The translations under genes were made by a program, and so were the position numbers. Shown piece after piece: positions 28,907 through 38,677 of a DNA stretch of 64,000 nt. The notes beneath the pieces are model-generated. The model saw only the letters and a program-made list of their open reading frames with translations. It had not been told where the DNA came from and did no database searches. How positions within the stretch are numbered: the stretch's first letter is position 1; each line of letters begins with the position of its first letter. The DNA is from Thermodesulfobacteriota bacterium (lineage in GTDB: Bacteria; Desulfobacterota; BSN033; UBA1163): the NCBI GenBank assembly GCA_049513055.1, contig JBEKWN010000006.1:160-64159 (forward strand). Reading direction: 5' to 3'.

Positions 28907-29830
28907 GTGGAGAAGTTCTAAGATGCTGAGATTTGTCCTTTCGTTTATTTCGTTTACCAAAGCATCGGATAGATATTTTGTCTTCAGGTCCTCGGGATGG
29001 TCCAAATACGAAATAAATTTCTTGAGCTTCCCCTTCACTGAAATCTCTGAATAATCTCCGACGATATCCAACCCGATAAGATCCACATGGCCCATGATCA
29101 GTTTTAGCATCCAAAGCAATTCTTTTAAAGAAAGCATTCCTTCTTCCCAATTCGTTAAGGCGTATTCGTTTCTTAAACAATCTTTATCGATGGAGAGGTA
29201 AACCCTTGGGGTGGGGAGACGTTTCAGGATGGAGAATAAATGGTTCATCATGTCTTTCCCCTTCAACTCATTCCAGCTAATCTTATTTACGAATAGGCCC
29301 TTCTTCATTTTGATAGAGAAATTCTCTGGGATCCTTTTGAAAAAGGTAAATGAGGGACGGTGTGAATAAGGATAGATCTCTACCCTATTTCTTTTCAAGG
29401 ATTTCATATTTCCAGTCTGAATCCAGGGACTCGATAGATCCTTGGAAGAAGTCCCTATGAGAATAAACTTCAAAATATTCTTGTTTCTTAAACTCTCGGC
29501 CACCCAAGAACCGCAACCCAGACGGGGGGGCAAGATGTCCCAGTCCGGATGAAAATCGAAAAGGATGACGCAAATCGGTTCGGCAAACTGATTGATTAAA
29601 ATATGGCTCACCTGATGAAAATCACCAGAGCCTAAGAAAGTGACGGAGTTCTTAGCCGAACCGTCGATTCGTTTTTCGATTTCTTTCTTTGTCTTTTTAT
29701 CCAACCAGATTCTTGCCCTGGGTCCAAGATCTTTTAGGTCTATGATTTCGGTTTGATATCGGGAGATGAGGTTTTGTTGTTTGATCAGGCTGTCATCGAA
29801 ATTTAATATGCGAATGGATTTACTTAACAT
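28883..29830 (-). CDS. Arginase/agmatinase-fold protein with degenerate metal-binding motifs
   Basis: LGSGDFHQVSH (cf GGDHS), DFHPD (cf DAHAD), SIDKDCL (cf SxDxDxxDP). Confidence 0.4.
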   Translation of the reverse strand: MLSKSIRILNFDDSLIKQQNLISRYQTEIIDLKDLGPRARIWLDKKTKKEIEKRIDGSAKNSVTFLGSGDFHQVSHILINQFAEPICVILFDFHPDWDILPPRLGCGSWVAESLRNKNILKFILIGTSSKDLSSPWIQTGNMKSLKRNRVEIYPYSHRPSFTFFKRIPENFSIKMKKGLFVNKISWNELKGKDMMNHLFSILKRLPTPRVYLSIDKDCLRNEYALTNWEEGMLSLKELLWMLKLIMGHVDLIGLDIVGDYSEISVKGKLKKFISYLDHPEDLKTKYLSDALVNEINERTNLSILELLHSSPPASS

Positions 29831-29835
29831 AAGAC

Positions 29836-30201
29836 TTATCGATGAGGCGTTTCGTCCTTGGAGGTGGAAGGAATGAAATCCTTTTCAGGAGGAGACTTCT
29901 CAGATGAAGCGGGAGCCTCTTTTGGCGCTGAGGTTTCAGGTGTTCCAGGGCTGTCTGTCATGGAATTGGAAACCGACACGGCCAAATCAGCCAAGAGATT
30001 CTCCCGGGGGAGAGTGCTTTTTATCTCTTGCAAATCCTTCGTTTCAGCCTCAAAACTTCCCTTCATTTCTTCGGTCGATTTTTTGAACTCCTTGATCGCC
30101 TTACCGAGAGCCTTACTAAGCTCTGGAAGTTTTTGCGGCCCAAAGACAATTAAAGCAATGACCAAGATGACCAGCAATTCCGGCAACCCAATATCGAACA
30201 T
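29836..30201 (-). CDS. TatA/TatB-family Sec-independent translocase subunit (longer, TatB-like)
   Basis: N-terminal [28 protein letters not shown] + amphipathic helix. Confidence 0.8.
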   Translation of the reverse strand: MFDIGLPELLVILVIALIVFGPQKLPELSKALGKAIKEFKKSTEEMKGSFEAETKDLQEIKSTLPRENLLADLAVSVSNSMTDSPGTPETSAPKEAPASSEKSPPEKDFIPSTSKDETPHR

Positions 30202-30275
30202 AAATCCTCCTTTTGATTAAATCCCGAAGGATACTATTTCTCGATGATCAATGGCGTAAAATAGTCTTCGAATTT

Positions 30276-30473
30276 TTATTTTTTCCCTTCAGAAATTTCT
30301 TCGGTATTTTTGGGATCGATACCCATTTTCCCCTTTTCTTTGATGTTCTTCTTGAAGTTCTGAATTCCTTTTCCAAGCCCTTCACCGATCTGGGGAAGTT
30401 TATTGGCACCAAAAATGATCAAGACGATAACCAAAATGACAAGTAGCTCTGGCATTCCTATTCCGCCAAACAT
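30276..30473 (-). CDS. tatA: TatA
   Basis: 65 aa; [30 protein letters not shown]. Confidence 0.85.
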   Translation of the reverse strand: MFGGIGMPELLVILVIVLIIFGANKLPQIGEGLGKGIQNFKKNIKEKGKMGIDPKNTEEISEGKK

Positions 30474-30545
30474 ATTTTCCTCCTTTAAAAATATTAAAAA
30501 CCGCCACCTCTCCCGCTTGGGATGGGATAGGATTTTCAGAATATG

Positions 30546-31217
30546 TTACCGGTCACGATAGGTATCTGCAAAGGTTCTATCGGGACGATGGCGTTGCCGT
30601 AAAAATTCCATCACACCGGGTAAAATTGAAATAACAATAATCAGGTAGATAATCAGAGTGAAGTGTTTTTTGACAAAGAGAAGATTACCGAAATAAAAAC
30701 CCCCGAAAACAAAAGCGGCAATCCAGGCAATCCCTCCTGAAATGTTATAAGTAATAAAATGTCTGTAAGTCATCTTCCCAATCCCAGCCACAAAGGGGGC
30801 AAAGGTACGGATGATGGGAATGAATCTTGCTATGATAATAGTTTTCCCTCCATACTTCTCGTAGAACCGATGGGTACGGTCCAGATACTCCCTGTTCAGG
30901 AAACGGACTTTTTCCTTATGAAAAACCTTCGGTCCCACAAAGTATCCTATCCAGTAATTCACTGTATCTCCTGCTACTGCCGCAACGCTGAGAATGGCGA
31001 ATAACCATCCGGCTTTCAGCGAGCCGCTGGCCGCAAAGGTACCTGTAGCAAAAAGGAGAGAATCACCCGGAAGGATGGGAGTCACTACCAGACCTGTTTC
31101 ACAAAAGATGATGAGAAAAAGCAATAGATATGTCCAAACACCATAATTTTGAATGACCCAATTAAGATGCTCACCCAGGTGAATAAAAAGGTCGGTGAAT
31201 CTTGTAAACAGTTCCAT
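30546..31217 (-). CDS. DedA family membrane protein
   Basis: [15 protein letters not shown] motif, multi-TM. Confidence 0.85.
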   Translation of the reverse strand: MELFTRFTDLFIHLGEHLNWVIQNYGVWTYLLLFLIIFCETGLVVTPILPGDSLLFATGTFAASGSLKAGWLFAILSVAAVAGDTVNYWIGYFVGPKVFHKEKVRFLNREYLDRTHRFYEKYGGKTIIIARFIPIIRTFAPFVAGIGKMTYRHFITYNISGGIAWIAAFVFGGFYFGNLLFVKKHFTLIIYLIIVISILPGVMEFLRQRHRPDRTFADTYRDR

Positions 31218-31255
31218 AGATTCTTAATGCGGATTCATTCTGTTTATGGGTAAAC

Positions 31256-32056
31256 CTAAGGGGAAGGGAATATCTGATCCCTAAAAAATTTTATCGTTTC
31301 TTCGGCCACCCGGTCCTTCTGGTTATCGATCGTCATCATGTGATAACTGTCATCCAGAATAATCTTTCGAACGATCTGGGAACCAATTTTCTTTTCGACA
31401 AAATCCGGGTTCTTGGTGCTAGTCAGATCATCTTCTCTGGAGTGGAGGATCAAGGCTGGAGTCGTGATAGCAGGGAGTTCTTTCTTCACCTCTCTGATCA
31501 ACTTGAACAGTTCGTGCATACTCGCAGCCGGAGTCTTTGTATAGGCAATCGAGTCATTTTTCATAAGATTGACAATCCGTTCCCTCAGTGGTTTGTTCTT
31601 TATTCCATATGGCTCTGTCTCCGAATACGAATAAATATATCTAAATGGAATGTAATAGGCGACGGGTAGCAGAAATTTAAACCAGGGGAGGCTCCAGCCA
31701 TCATAAAAAAGAGTCGTCGAAATCAGAGATAAGGCCGCCACTTCTGAACCAAACTCATAGGAGAGGTGAAGGGAGAGAAGGGCCCCCATACAAAGGCCCA
31801 CGACAGATACCGTATCAAAAGATTTCTTCATCTCTATAAAGCTTTTATGGACTGACCGGTACCAATCTTCCCAGTTGGTTTTAGAAAGATTCTTAAGGGT
31901 TGTACAGTGCCCCTCCAGGCAGGGGCCTTTGACGGTGAACCCGGCTTTGTTTAATTTTCTGGCAAGGTATTTCATCTCGAAAGGACTCCCCGTCAGACCA
32001 TGAATGAGCAGCACTGAATGATTTCCGCCAGAGAGGTCTATCTTGTGATCGGACAT
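31256..32056 (-). CDS. Alpha/beta hydrolase (lysophospholipase-like) with Cys in the nucleophile elbow (GLCMG)
   Basis: LLIHGLTGSP oxyanion region; VVGLCMGALLS elbow. Confidence 0.7.
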   Translation of the reverse strand: MSDHKIDLSGGNHSVLLIHGLTGSPFEMKYLARKLNKAGFTVKGPCLEGHCTTLKNLSKTNWEDWYRSVHKSFIEMKKSFDTVSVVGLCMGALLSLHLSYEFGSEVAALSLISTTLFYDGWSLPWFKFLLPVAYYIPFRYIYSYSETEPYGIKNKPLRERIVNLMKNDSIAYTKTPAASMHELFKLIREVKKELPAITTPALILHSREDDLTSTKNPDFVEKKIGSQIVRKIILDDSYHMMTIDNQKDRVAEETIKFFRDQIFPSP

Positions 32057-32066
32057 TTTAAGTTTC

Positions 32067-33437
32067 CTATGCTTTCTTACACTTGCTTATCAGTTGGTCA
32101 AAGAGTTCGACGGCCATCTCCATTTCCCCTCGGGTGATGTGAAGGGAGGGGGCAAGCGTAAATACATTCTTATAATATCCTCCTATGTCAAGAACAAGTC
32201 CATATTTCGATCCCTTATGGCTCAACGTTCCTTTCAACCCTTCAAGAAACATTTTCTCTGCCAATTCCCTGTCAGGGGTAAAACTGTCTGATTTGCAGAT
32301 TTCCACCCTGAAGGCAAGGCCAAGGCCATCCACATCTCCTATCTCCCGGTGTTTCTTCTTGAGATCTTGAAGTAATGAGAGAAAATAAGTTCCGCTTTCT
32401 GAAACTTTCTTTTCATAATCTTCCTCATCAAGCATCGCCATCACCTCAAGGGCAATCCTTGTGCCGAGAGGATTTGATGAAAAAGTCGAATGGGTTGAAC
32501 CAGGAGGGAAGACTGAAGGACTGATCAGAGCTTCTCTGGCCCAGATTCCTGATAAAGGGTTTAGGCCATTGGTGAGTGCCTTTCCAAAAACGATGATATC
32601 TGGACTGACCTCAAAATTCTCGATCGCCCAGAGTTTTCCTGCTCGACAGATCCCCATCTGAATTTCATCATCCACAAACAAGATTCCCCAGTCGTCGAGG
32701 ACTTTCTTAAATCTCTTAAAATAACCCTTGGGCGGCACGATATAGCCTCCTGTCGCCTGGATGGGCTCTACGAAAAAAGCGGCATACTCGGACTCTTTCA
32801 CCTTGGTATCGATGATGGAGTAATACTCTGTCTCAAAAAGCTTTTCAAACTGGGAAATGCAGTAGAAATCGCAATCCTCCCGCTTCTTCCCATAATAACA
32901 ACGAAAGCAGTAGGGATATGGAATAAATTGGGCTCGATCTGAAAAATGGCCATACCTTCTCCTGTAGCGATAACTGGAAGTGATCGCAGAGGCCCCCAGC
33001 GTCCGTCCATGATAGCTCCCCATAAAGGCAAACATCAGATTCTTTCCCTTGGCGTTTCGGACGAGTTTTAGGGCGTCTTCAATGGCCTGGGCGCCGCCAA
33101 CGTTAAAAAGTATTCTGCCCTTTTCTTTGAACCTCCTCATATTCGCAAGACAGATTTTTTCTGCAAGAAGGACCTTCTCCTCATGAAGGTATTGGCAGGC
33201 GAGTTGGGGGAGGGTGTCTATCTGAGTCTTGAATACCTCGCCCAGTCTCGGGTTTTTATATCCAAAACTTGCAGCGGAATACCACATCTGGAGATCAAGA
33301 TAGGGAATATTCAAGCTGTCATAAAGGAAGCTTCCTTCGCATCCTCTGAAGATTTTTGGAGGCTCTGCATAATGGACTGTATCTCCATAGGAACAGTAGA
33401 TCGAATCTTTCTTGATCAGTTCCTCGTCTTTAACCAT
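32067..33437 (-). CDS. Class III (omega) aminotransferase
   Basis: LFVDDEIQMG...FGKALTNG PLP-lysine motif; 456 aa. Confidence 0.85.
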   Translation of the reverse strand: MVKDEELIKKDSIYCSYGDTVHYAEPPKIFRGCEGSFLYDSLNIPYLDLQMWYSAASFGYKNPRLGEVFKTQIDTLPQLACQYLHEEKVLLAEKICLANMRRFKEKGRILFNVGGAQAIEDALKLVRNAKGKNLMFAFMGSYHGRTLGASAITSSYRYRRRYGHFSDRAQFIPYPYCFRCYYGKKREDCDFYCISQFEKLFETEYYSIIDTKVKESEYAAFFVEPIQATGGYIVPPKGYFKRFKKVLDDWGILFVDDEIQMGICRAGKLWAIENFEVSPDIIVFGKALTNGLNPLSGIWAREALISPSVFPPGSTHSTFSSNPLGTRIALEVMAMLDEEDYEKKVSESGTYFLSLLQDLKKKHREIGDVDGLGLAFRVEICKSDSFTPDRELAEKMFLEGLKGTLSHKGSKYGLVLDIGGYYKNVFTLAPSLHITRGEMEMAVELFDQLISKCKKA

Positions 33438-34137
33438 TCCGGGTTCCCCTTAGGCCATGATGGATGAAAGCTCTTTGGGATACAAAACGCTCTTGCCCTA
33501 TTTGATTCCTCAACCATGCAATGATGTCTCCAAATTCCCTGTGCTCACCATGGGGAATTTTTTCAACCCGGCAAAAATCTAAGAGGTCTGATTTGGCGAA
33601 GGTCAAGTCCGCTTTGCCTGCGATGCAAAAATCAGAGCGACCATCGCCTACAAGAATGTTGGTTCCCTCTGGACTGGAAAGTTCTTCCATAATCTTACAC
33701 TTGCAGATGCCGCTTCTGCTCAAACAATCCTCCTGGAAATAGGGGAAGTACATCTCATAGCTCCCGTTTGTAGACCCCAAACTGTTTGAGAACACCCTGA
33801 TATCGTTCAATCCATATCGTTTCAGTATGGATTTTATGAACAGGTCGATCCCATCGCTGAGGATAATGATTTCAAAGGCTTTGCTTCTACAGTACCTTGC
33901 GAAATCGATAAAGGTTTCGTCAATTTCGATCCCTTCCACAAAATCGAGAAGATCACATTCTTTCGCTTTGATGAGCCTGGTCTGCATGGCCAGGCAGTCG
34001 CGGGAACCCATCTCTCCTCTAACCCAGGATTGCTCTATCTCCATCCACGTGGGGTCGGCAAATTCTTCTAAAATCCTGTCGATCACATCCTCCTTCGTGA
34101 TCGTTCCATCAAAGTCACAGAAGAACATATATTTCAT
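33430..34137 (-). CDS. HAD-IB phosphatase (phosphoserine phosphatase / MtnX-like)
   Basis: FFCDFDGTIT motif I; translationally coupled to flanking genes. Confidence 0.7.
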   Translation of the reverse strand: MKYMFFCDFDGTITKEDVIDRILEEFADPTWMEIEQSWVRGEMGSRDCLAMQTRLIKAKECDLLDFVEGIEIDETFIDFARYCRSKAFEIIILSDGIDLFIKSILKRYGLNDIRVFSNSLGSTNGSYEMYFPYFQEDCLSRSGICKCKIMEELSSPEGTNILVGDGRSDFCIAGKADLTFAKSDLLDFCRVEKIPHGEHREFGDIIAWLRNQIGQERFVSQRAFIHHGLRGTRNG

Positions 34138-34138
34138 A

Positions 34139-35377
34139 CTACCCCTCCGTCTTCCTGGCGATGAGAACTGCATTGGTCCCGCCGAAAGCAAACGAATTTG
34201 ACATCACCGTATTCACCTTCACCCCTTTACGACCAATGTTTGGGACATAGTCGAGGTCGCACTCCGGGTCAGGCTGATCAAGATTGGTCGTAGGGGGAAT
34301 GGCTTGATTTTTTATTGCAAGCAGTGAAACAACAAATTCAATGGCCCCGGCCGCTCCGATCGTATGGCCATGCATCGATTTCGTAGAACTCACAGGAACT
34401 TTGTATGCATAATCGCCGAATACCTTCTTGATCGCCTGTGTCTCCAAAAGATCATTCCACTGAGTTGCAGTCCCATGAGCATTGATGTAGTCTATATCTT
34501 CAGAAGAGATCCCGGCCTCTCTGATCGCTTCTGATATGGCTTGTGCCTGTCTTTCAAAAGAGGGTTTGGTCATATGAAAGGCATCGGAGGTAGAGCCATA
34601 GCCAAGGATCTCGGCGTAGAGTGGCGCTCCATGACGGACAGCCCTTTCCATCTCCTCAAGCACTACTACGGCGGCTCCCTCACCCAGCACTAATCCGGAA
34701 CGGTTTTTTGAAAATGGCTTGCAAGACTTCGATGGGTCATCAGGGTCTTCCATAGCCAGGACCCTGAGGGCCTCCCAACTTCGGAAAACCCCATAGGTCA
34801 AAAAGGCCTCGGTCCCTCCTGCGAGCATCACGTCCGCATATCCATCTCTGATCTGTCGAAAGGCCTCACCAATCGCGTTTGAGGACGAAGCACAAGCGGT
34901 GGATACAGTCAAACACGGCCCCGTAAGTCCATACTCTATGGAAAGATAAGAAGCAGAAGCGTTACTCATGATCATCAAGACAGATAATGGTTTCACCCTA
35001 TCTGCGTTTTCCTTAAACAAGCGTACGTACCCATCCTCTATGGCATTCGCACCACCTAACCCTGTCCCCATATATACTCCCGACCGTTCCTTTTCTTTCG
35101 CATCGAGAGATAGCTTTGCATCCTTCCAGGCTTGCGAAGCAGCGGCTAAAGCGAATTGGTTGACGCGGTCCAAGCTGGACACCTGTTTCTTGTTGAAATA
35201 ATCGAAAGGATTAAAATCGACTTCGGCTGCAACTTTTACCGAAAGAAGGTTTGAAAATTCCGAAGAGATTCTTCTGACTCCAGACTTGCCAGCCATGATA
35301 TTGGCTGAAAAATCATTGATATTATTCCCACAAGAGGAAATAACGCCCAGTCCGGTAACCGCGACTCTCCTTCTCAT
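34139..35377 (-). CDS. fabF: Beta-ketoacyl-ACP synthase II-like (KAS)
   Basis: Active-site Cys (TVSTACASS) and His motifs (HGTAT, HGHTIGAAG). Confidence 0.85.
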   Translation of the reverse strand: MRRRVAVTGLGVISSCGNNINDFSANIMAGKSGVRRISSEFSNLLSVKVAAEVDFNPFDYFNKKQVSSLDRVNQFALAAASQAWKDAKLSLDAKEKERSGVYMGTGLGGANAIEDGYVRLFKENADRVKPLSVLMIMSNASASYLSIEYGLTGPCLTVSTACASSSNAIGEAFRQIRDGYADVMLAGGTEAFLTYGVFRSWEALRVLAMEDPDDPSKSCKPFSKNRSGLVLGEGAAVVVLEEMERAVRHGAPLYAEILGYGSTSDAFHMTKPSFERQAQAISEAIREAGISSEDIDYINAHGTATQWNDLLETQAIKKVFGDYAYKVPVSSTKSMHGHTIGAAGAIEFVVSLLAIKNQAIPPTTNLDQPDPECDLDYVPNIGRKGVKVNTVMSNSFAFGGTNAVLIARKTEG

Positions 35378-35414
35378 TTAAATAGAATCCCCACATTCGT
35401 CTCCATGCTCAGCT

Positions 35415-35681
35415 TCAAGTGCTCATCGCTAGATTTGGAGAACTTAACAACTGTTCAGATACGAATCGGTCAATCGCATCAACCATATCTTGTATCGTTG
35501 TCACTTTAAACTCTTGGTCAGGAATTTTTATCCTAAACTCGTTTTCGATATCGAACATGAATTCAATCTTATCGAGAGAATCGAGACCCAAATATTCGAG
35601 CGTTGTTTCAGGTTTAAGTTCTTCAACATTAAAATCAAACTTATCGATAAAAAGTTTTTTAAGTCTCTCTATTGTAGACAT
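35415..35681 (-). CDS. Acyl carrier protein
   Basis: LGLDSLDKIEF phosphopantetheine-attachment motif; 88 aa. Confidence 0.8.
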   Translation of the reverse strand: MSTIERLKKLFIDKFDFNVEELKPETTLEYLGLDSLDKIEFMFDIENEFRIKIPDQEFKVTTIQDMVDAIDRFVSEQLLSSPNLAMST

Positions 35682-35762
35682 CCCTACCTCCTTTTTGGTA
35701 AAAAGATAATTCTTGGCCCTTTCTGCTATGATAAAATTTGAATATTAAAATATCGTTAAAAC

Positions 35763-35784
35763 AAGATTAATTTCCCTTAATCTT
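35763..35784. promoter_or_regulatory. Perfect inverted repeat AAGATTAA-N6-TTAATCTT in the divergent promoter region
   Basis: Direct reading; shares the AAGATTAA half-site with the boxes. Confidence 0.5.
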
Positions 35785-36000
35785 ACTATTATATAGTATA
35801 GAAAAAGGTAAGACAAGAACCCTCACTTAGATTTTGATTGCCTTTTATTTAGCAACGGTAGGTTCTTTTTTTTGGCAGATAATGGATACCACATAAAAAA
35901 TATCACCTTAATTCTAAAAAAGCAAGAAAATTCAATGAAACAACATATTCTCGTTACTGAGGAAATCTAATTTTTATAATTTTGACCTCAATTTCTTCTC

Positions 36001-36044
36001 CAAGATTAAGAAATCTTAATGGAAACTTCATCTATGTTTAATCA
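36001..36044 (+). promoter_or_regulatory. Box copy upstream of GT-C paralog 1 (caagattaagaaatcttaatgg ... cttcatctatgtttaatc)
   Basis: Shared motif; contains IR ATTAAGA-AA-TCTTAAT. Confidence 0.55.
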
Positions 36045-36164
36045 TTTTTTGTGTTATATTAAGAAACTAAAAGTTTATATACTTTTGAAGTGTTCATTTC
36101 GACGGATTGATAAGCTTTTTATATCTTGTTATATAAGTATCGATTTAGAAGGGACTTTAGGTTG

Positions 36165-37766
36165 ATGGATGTGAGGAGAAAATATATCTTTGGGTTACTC
36201 GCCATAGGGATGGTTCTCTTCTTTTTCAATTTGGGAGGAAGGGATCTCTGGGAACCCGATGAAACCCGGTATGCCGTGGTGGCCCGCGAGATGGTGCAAA
36301 GCGGGGATTGGATTTTACCTCATTTCAACAGGGAGATTTATGCAGAAAAACCTCCTCTCTTTTTCTGGTTGGTCAATCTCTCCACTTTCTTTCTAGGAGA
36401 AAACAACGAGTTGTCCAATCGCCTTCCTTCTGCCCTGGCAGGGTTGATGACCCTTTTCATCACATTTCTTTTTGGAGAGAGACTCTTTAATCTCAGAGTC
36501 GGATTCCTTTCCGCTTTGGTGCTGGGGACATGTATTTTGTTTCCCCAATTATCGCGTTGGATGATGCTCGATTCATTGTTTACCCTTTTTTTACTCTTGA
36601 GCCTTTTTTATTTTTATCTTGGTTACGAGAAAGAGGGGAGTCGCCGGAAATATTACTATCTCGCCAGCCTCTTTATGGGGCTGGGGGTTTTAACGAAAGG
36701 GCCTATTGGTTATCTTCCTCTTCCCATCCTCCTCCTCTTTGCCTTTTTTCAAAAAGACGTTAAGAAATTTTGGAATCGCGATTTGCTATGGGGATGTCTC
36801 CTCTCCTTGATTCTTGTATTGATCTGGTGGTTACCTGCTTGTTGGATTGGGGGAAAAGAATATATCTATTGGCTCTTGTTTAAGCAAGCCGTTGGAACTT
36901 ATGTAGAGGGGGGAAGACATTTTCATCCTGAGTCATTCTATTTCTACTTTGTCCGTTTCCCGATAGAATTTTTTCCGTGGATCGTTTTTTTGCCCACCGC
37001 ATTTGTTTTAGGGTTACGAAGGGACTTTCGCAAAAGAAAAGAATTCGTATTTCTCTCCATCTGGTTCTTTTTCATTTTCCTTTTCTTTACCCTCTCCAAA
37101 GGGAAGAAGGATAATTACCTTTTACCCCTTTACCCAGCTGCCGCCATGATGGTCGGGAGTCTATGGGATTTTGGGGTTCAGTCAGGGGAGGGGAAGAAAG
37201 GATTCCTATCTGGACTTCTTCTTTTAACCTTTCTGTTTCTCGCCGGCCTGGTTCTGTTCCTATCAAAAATGCCACAACAGTCCTATCCAGACATGACGGC
37301 CTATTCTTCTTTAGGGCTTTCCATTCTCTCTTATATCCTGCTTGGGTCCTTTTTCTCTCTGTTGTTTTTTATTAAGAAAAAGAAACAGGCCTCGTTCATC
37401 AGCCTTATGATCGCTTTCGCTCTTTTCCATCTTCATCTCTCCTATTCTCTTCCGCCAAAACTCAATCCCCAGAGGTCAGCCAAGGCATTTTCAGAGAAAG
37501 TTCTAAAGAGAATGGAGATGGGGGATGAACTTAAAACTTATTCCCTTAAGTCTAATGGATTGCTTTTCTATACCCAGAAACCCTATATAGAGAGTATTCA
37601 AAGCAAAGATCGCTTTTTTGAAATTCTCAACTCCTCCCAACGAGTTTTTGTTGTGTTTTATCCGGAAGTCCTTAATCAACTTCAGAAAGAAACAGGAGTT
37701 GAGTTCACTCCTCTTGAACAGGTGAAGGTAGGCCATTGGAAATATGTTCTCATTTCAAATCATTAA
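36165..37766 (+). CDS. GT-C glycosyltransferase, ArnT/PMT_2-like, paralog 1 (full length with C-terminal periplasmic domain)
   Basis: DETRYAVVAREM...AEKPPLFFW signature; 12+ TM; ORF could start at 36126. Confidence 0.8.
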   Translation: MDVRRKYIFGLLAIGMVLFFFNLGGRDLWEPDETRYAVVAREMVQSGDWILPHFNREIYAEKPPLFFWLVNLSTFFLGENNELSNRLPSALAGLMTLFITFLFGERLFNLRVGFLSALVLGTCILFPQLSRWMMLDSLFTLFLLLSLFYFYLGYEKEGSRRKYYYLASLFMGLGVLTKGPIGYLPLPILLLFAFFQKDVKKFWNRDLLWGCLLSLILVLIWWLPACWIGGKEYIYWLLFKQAVGTYVEGGRHFHPESFYFYFVRFPIEFFPWIVFLPTAFVLGLRRDFRKRKEFVFLSIWFFFIFLFFTLSKGKKDNYLLPLYPAAAMMVGSLWDFGVQSGEGKKGFLSGLLLLTFLFLAGLVLFLSKMPQQSYPDMTAYSSLGLSILSYILLGSFFSLLFFIKKKKQASFISLMIAFALFHLHLSYSLPPKLNPQRSAKAFSEKVLKRMEMGDELKTYSLKSNGLLFYTQKPYIESIQSKDRFFEILNSSQRVFVVFYPEVLNQLQKETGVEFTPLEQVKVGHWKYVLISNH

Positions 37767-37919
37767 GGGTCAGATGAGTTTTCTGGAAAGATAGGTATCC
37801 AAAAAAGGAACGGAGTAAAATAAAAACGATGAGGATCCAAGGGGAGTAAAGAGGGATATGATATCATAGGCTCATTAAAGAAATGGAATGGAAGATCCTC
37901 TATCGATTGAAATGAAAAG

Positions 37920-38564
37920 GTGCCGATCATGTATCATGTAAAGGTTATGTATCAAAATAAGAAATATGCGGCAGGCTATGAGAAGACAAGGTTCAAGGGG
38001 ATCTACGGAAGATTTAAGAATTGGAATACCAAAAGGGTGATTTCAAAACTGATTGGGTTTACAGAGAGAAAAGGTTTCGCCCTTGACCTTCCCTGCGGGA
38101 CAGGGAGATTAGGCCGCCTGATCTTAAAGAGTGGGTATAAATGGATCGGCGCGGATATCTCGTTAGAGATGATGATGGAGTCAAGAAAAAGGATGAACGG
38201 CTTTGAAGACTCATTCTGGAATATCCGCCTGGATGCAGAGACGATGTCATTTAAGGACAATAGTATTGACTGCCTCTTCTCCATTCGATTTATCTATCAC
38301 ATCCCCGTTGAGATAAGATATCGGATGCTTAAAGAGATGAGGAGGGTCACCAAGAAATGGCTGATCATCGATTATAATTATCCAAACAGGTTTAAAGAGT
38401 TGGCTCGCAGGGTAGGATCCTTATTAAGCAAAAGGCCGATCAAGAAAAGAATGATGCTCCAAGAGATATCGAGAGAGCTACGGGAGAATGGCTTAAATGT
38501 TTATAAAGCCATCCCTACATCAAGATTATTTTCCGATAATATATTATTGTTATGTCATAAATAA
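37920..38564 (+). CDS. Class I SAM-dependent methyltransferase
   Basis: LDLPCGTGRLG motif I. Confidence 0.75.
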   Translation: MPIMYHVKVMYQNKKYAAGYEKTRFKGIYGRFKNWNTKRVISKLIGFTERKGFALDLPCGTGRLGRLILKSGYKWIGADISLEMMMESRKRMNGFEDSFWNIRLDAETMSFKDNSIDCLFSIRFIYHIPVEIRYRMLKEMRRVTKKWLIIDYNYPNRFKELARRVGSLLSKRPIKKRMMLQEISRELRENGLNVYKAIPTSRLFSDNILLLCHK

Positions 38565-38677
38565 GGCCGCCGCCATTTTTTATCTGAAGGACTTATTCTG
38601 TTAATTCCTTTGTCGCCTCTTTAAAAAAAGGAAAAATGGAGGGGCATGAGAAATCTTAAGGAGAGTTAGGGAGGGAT

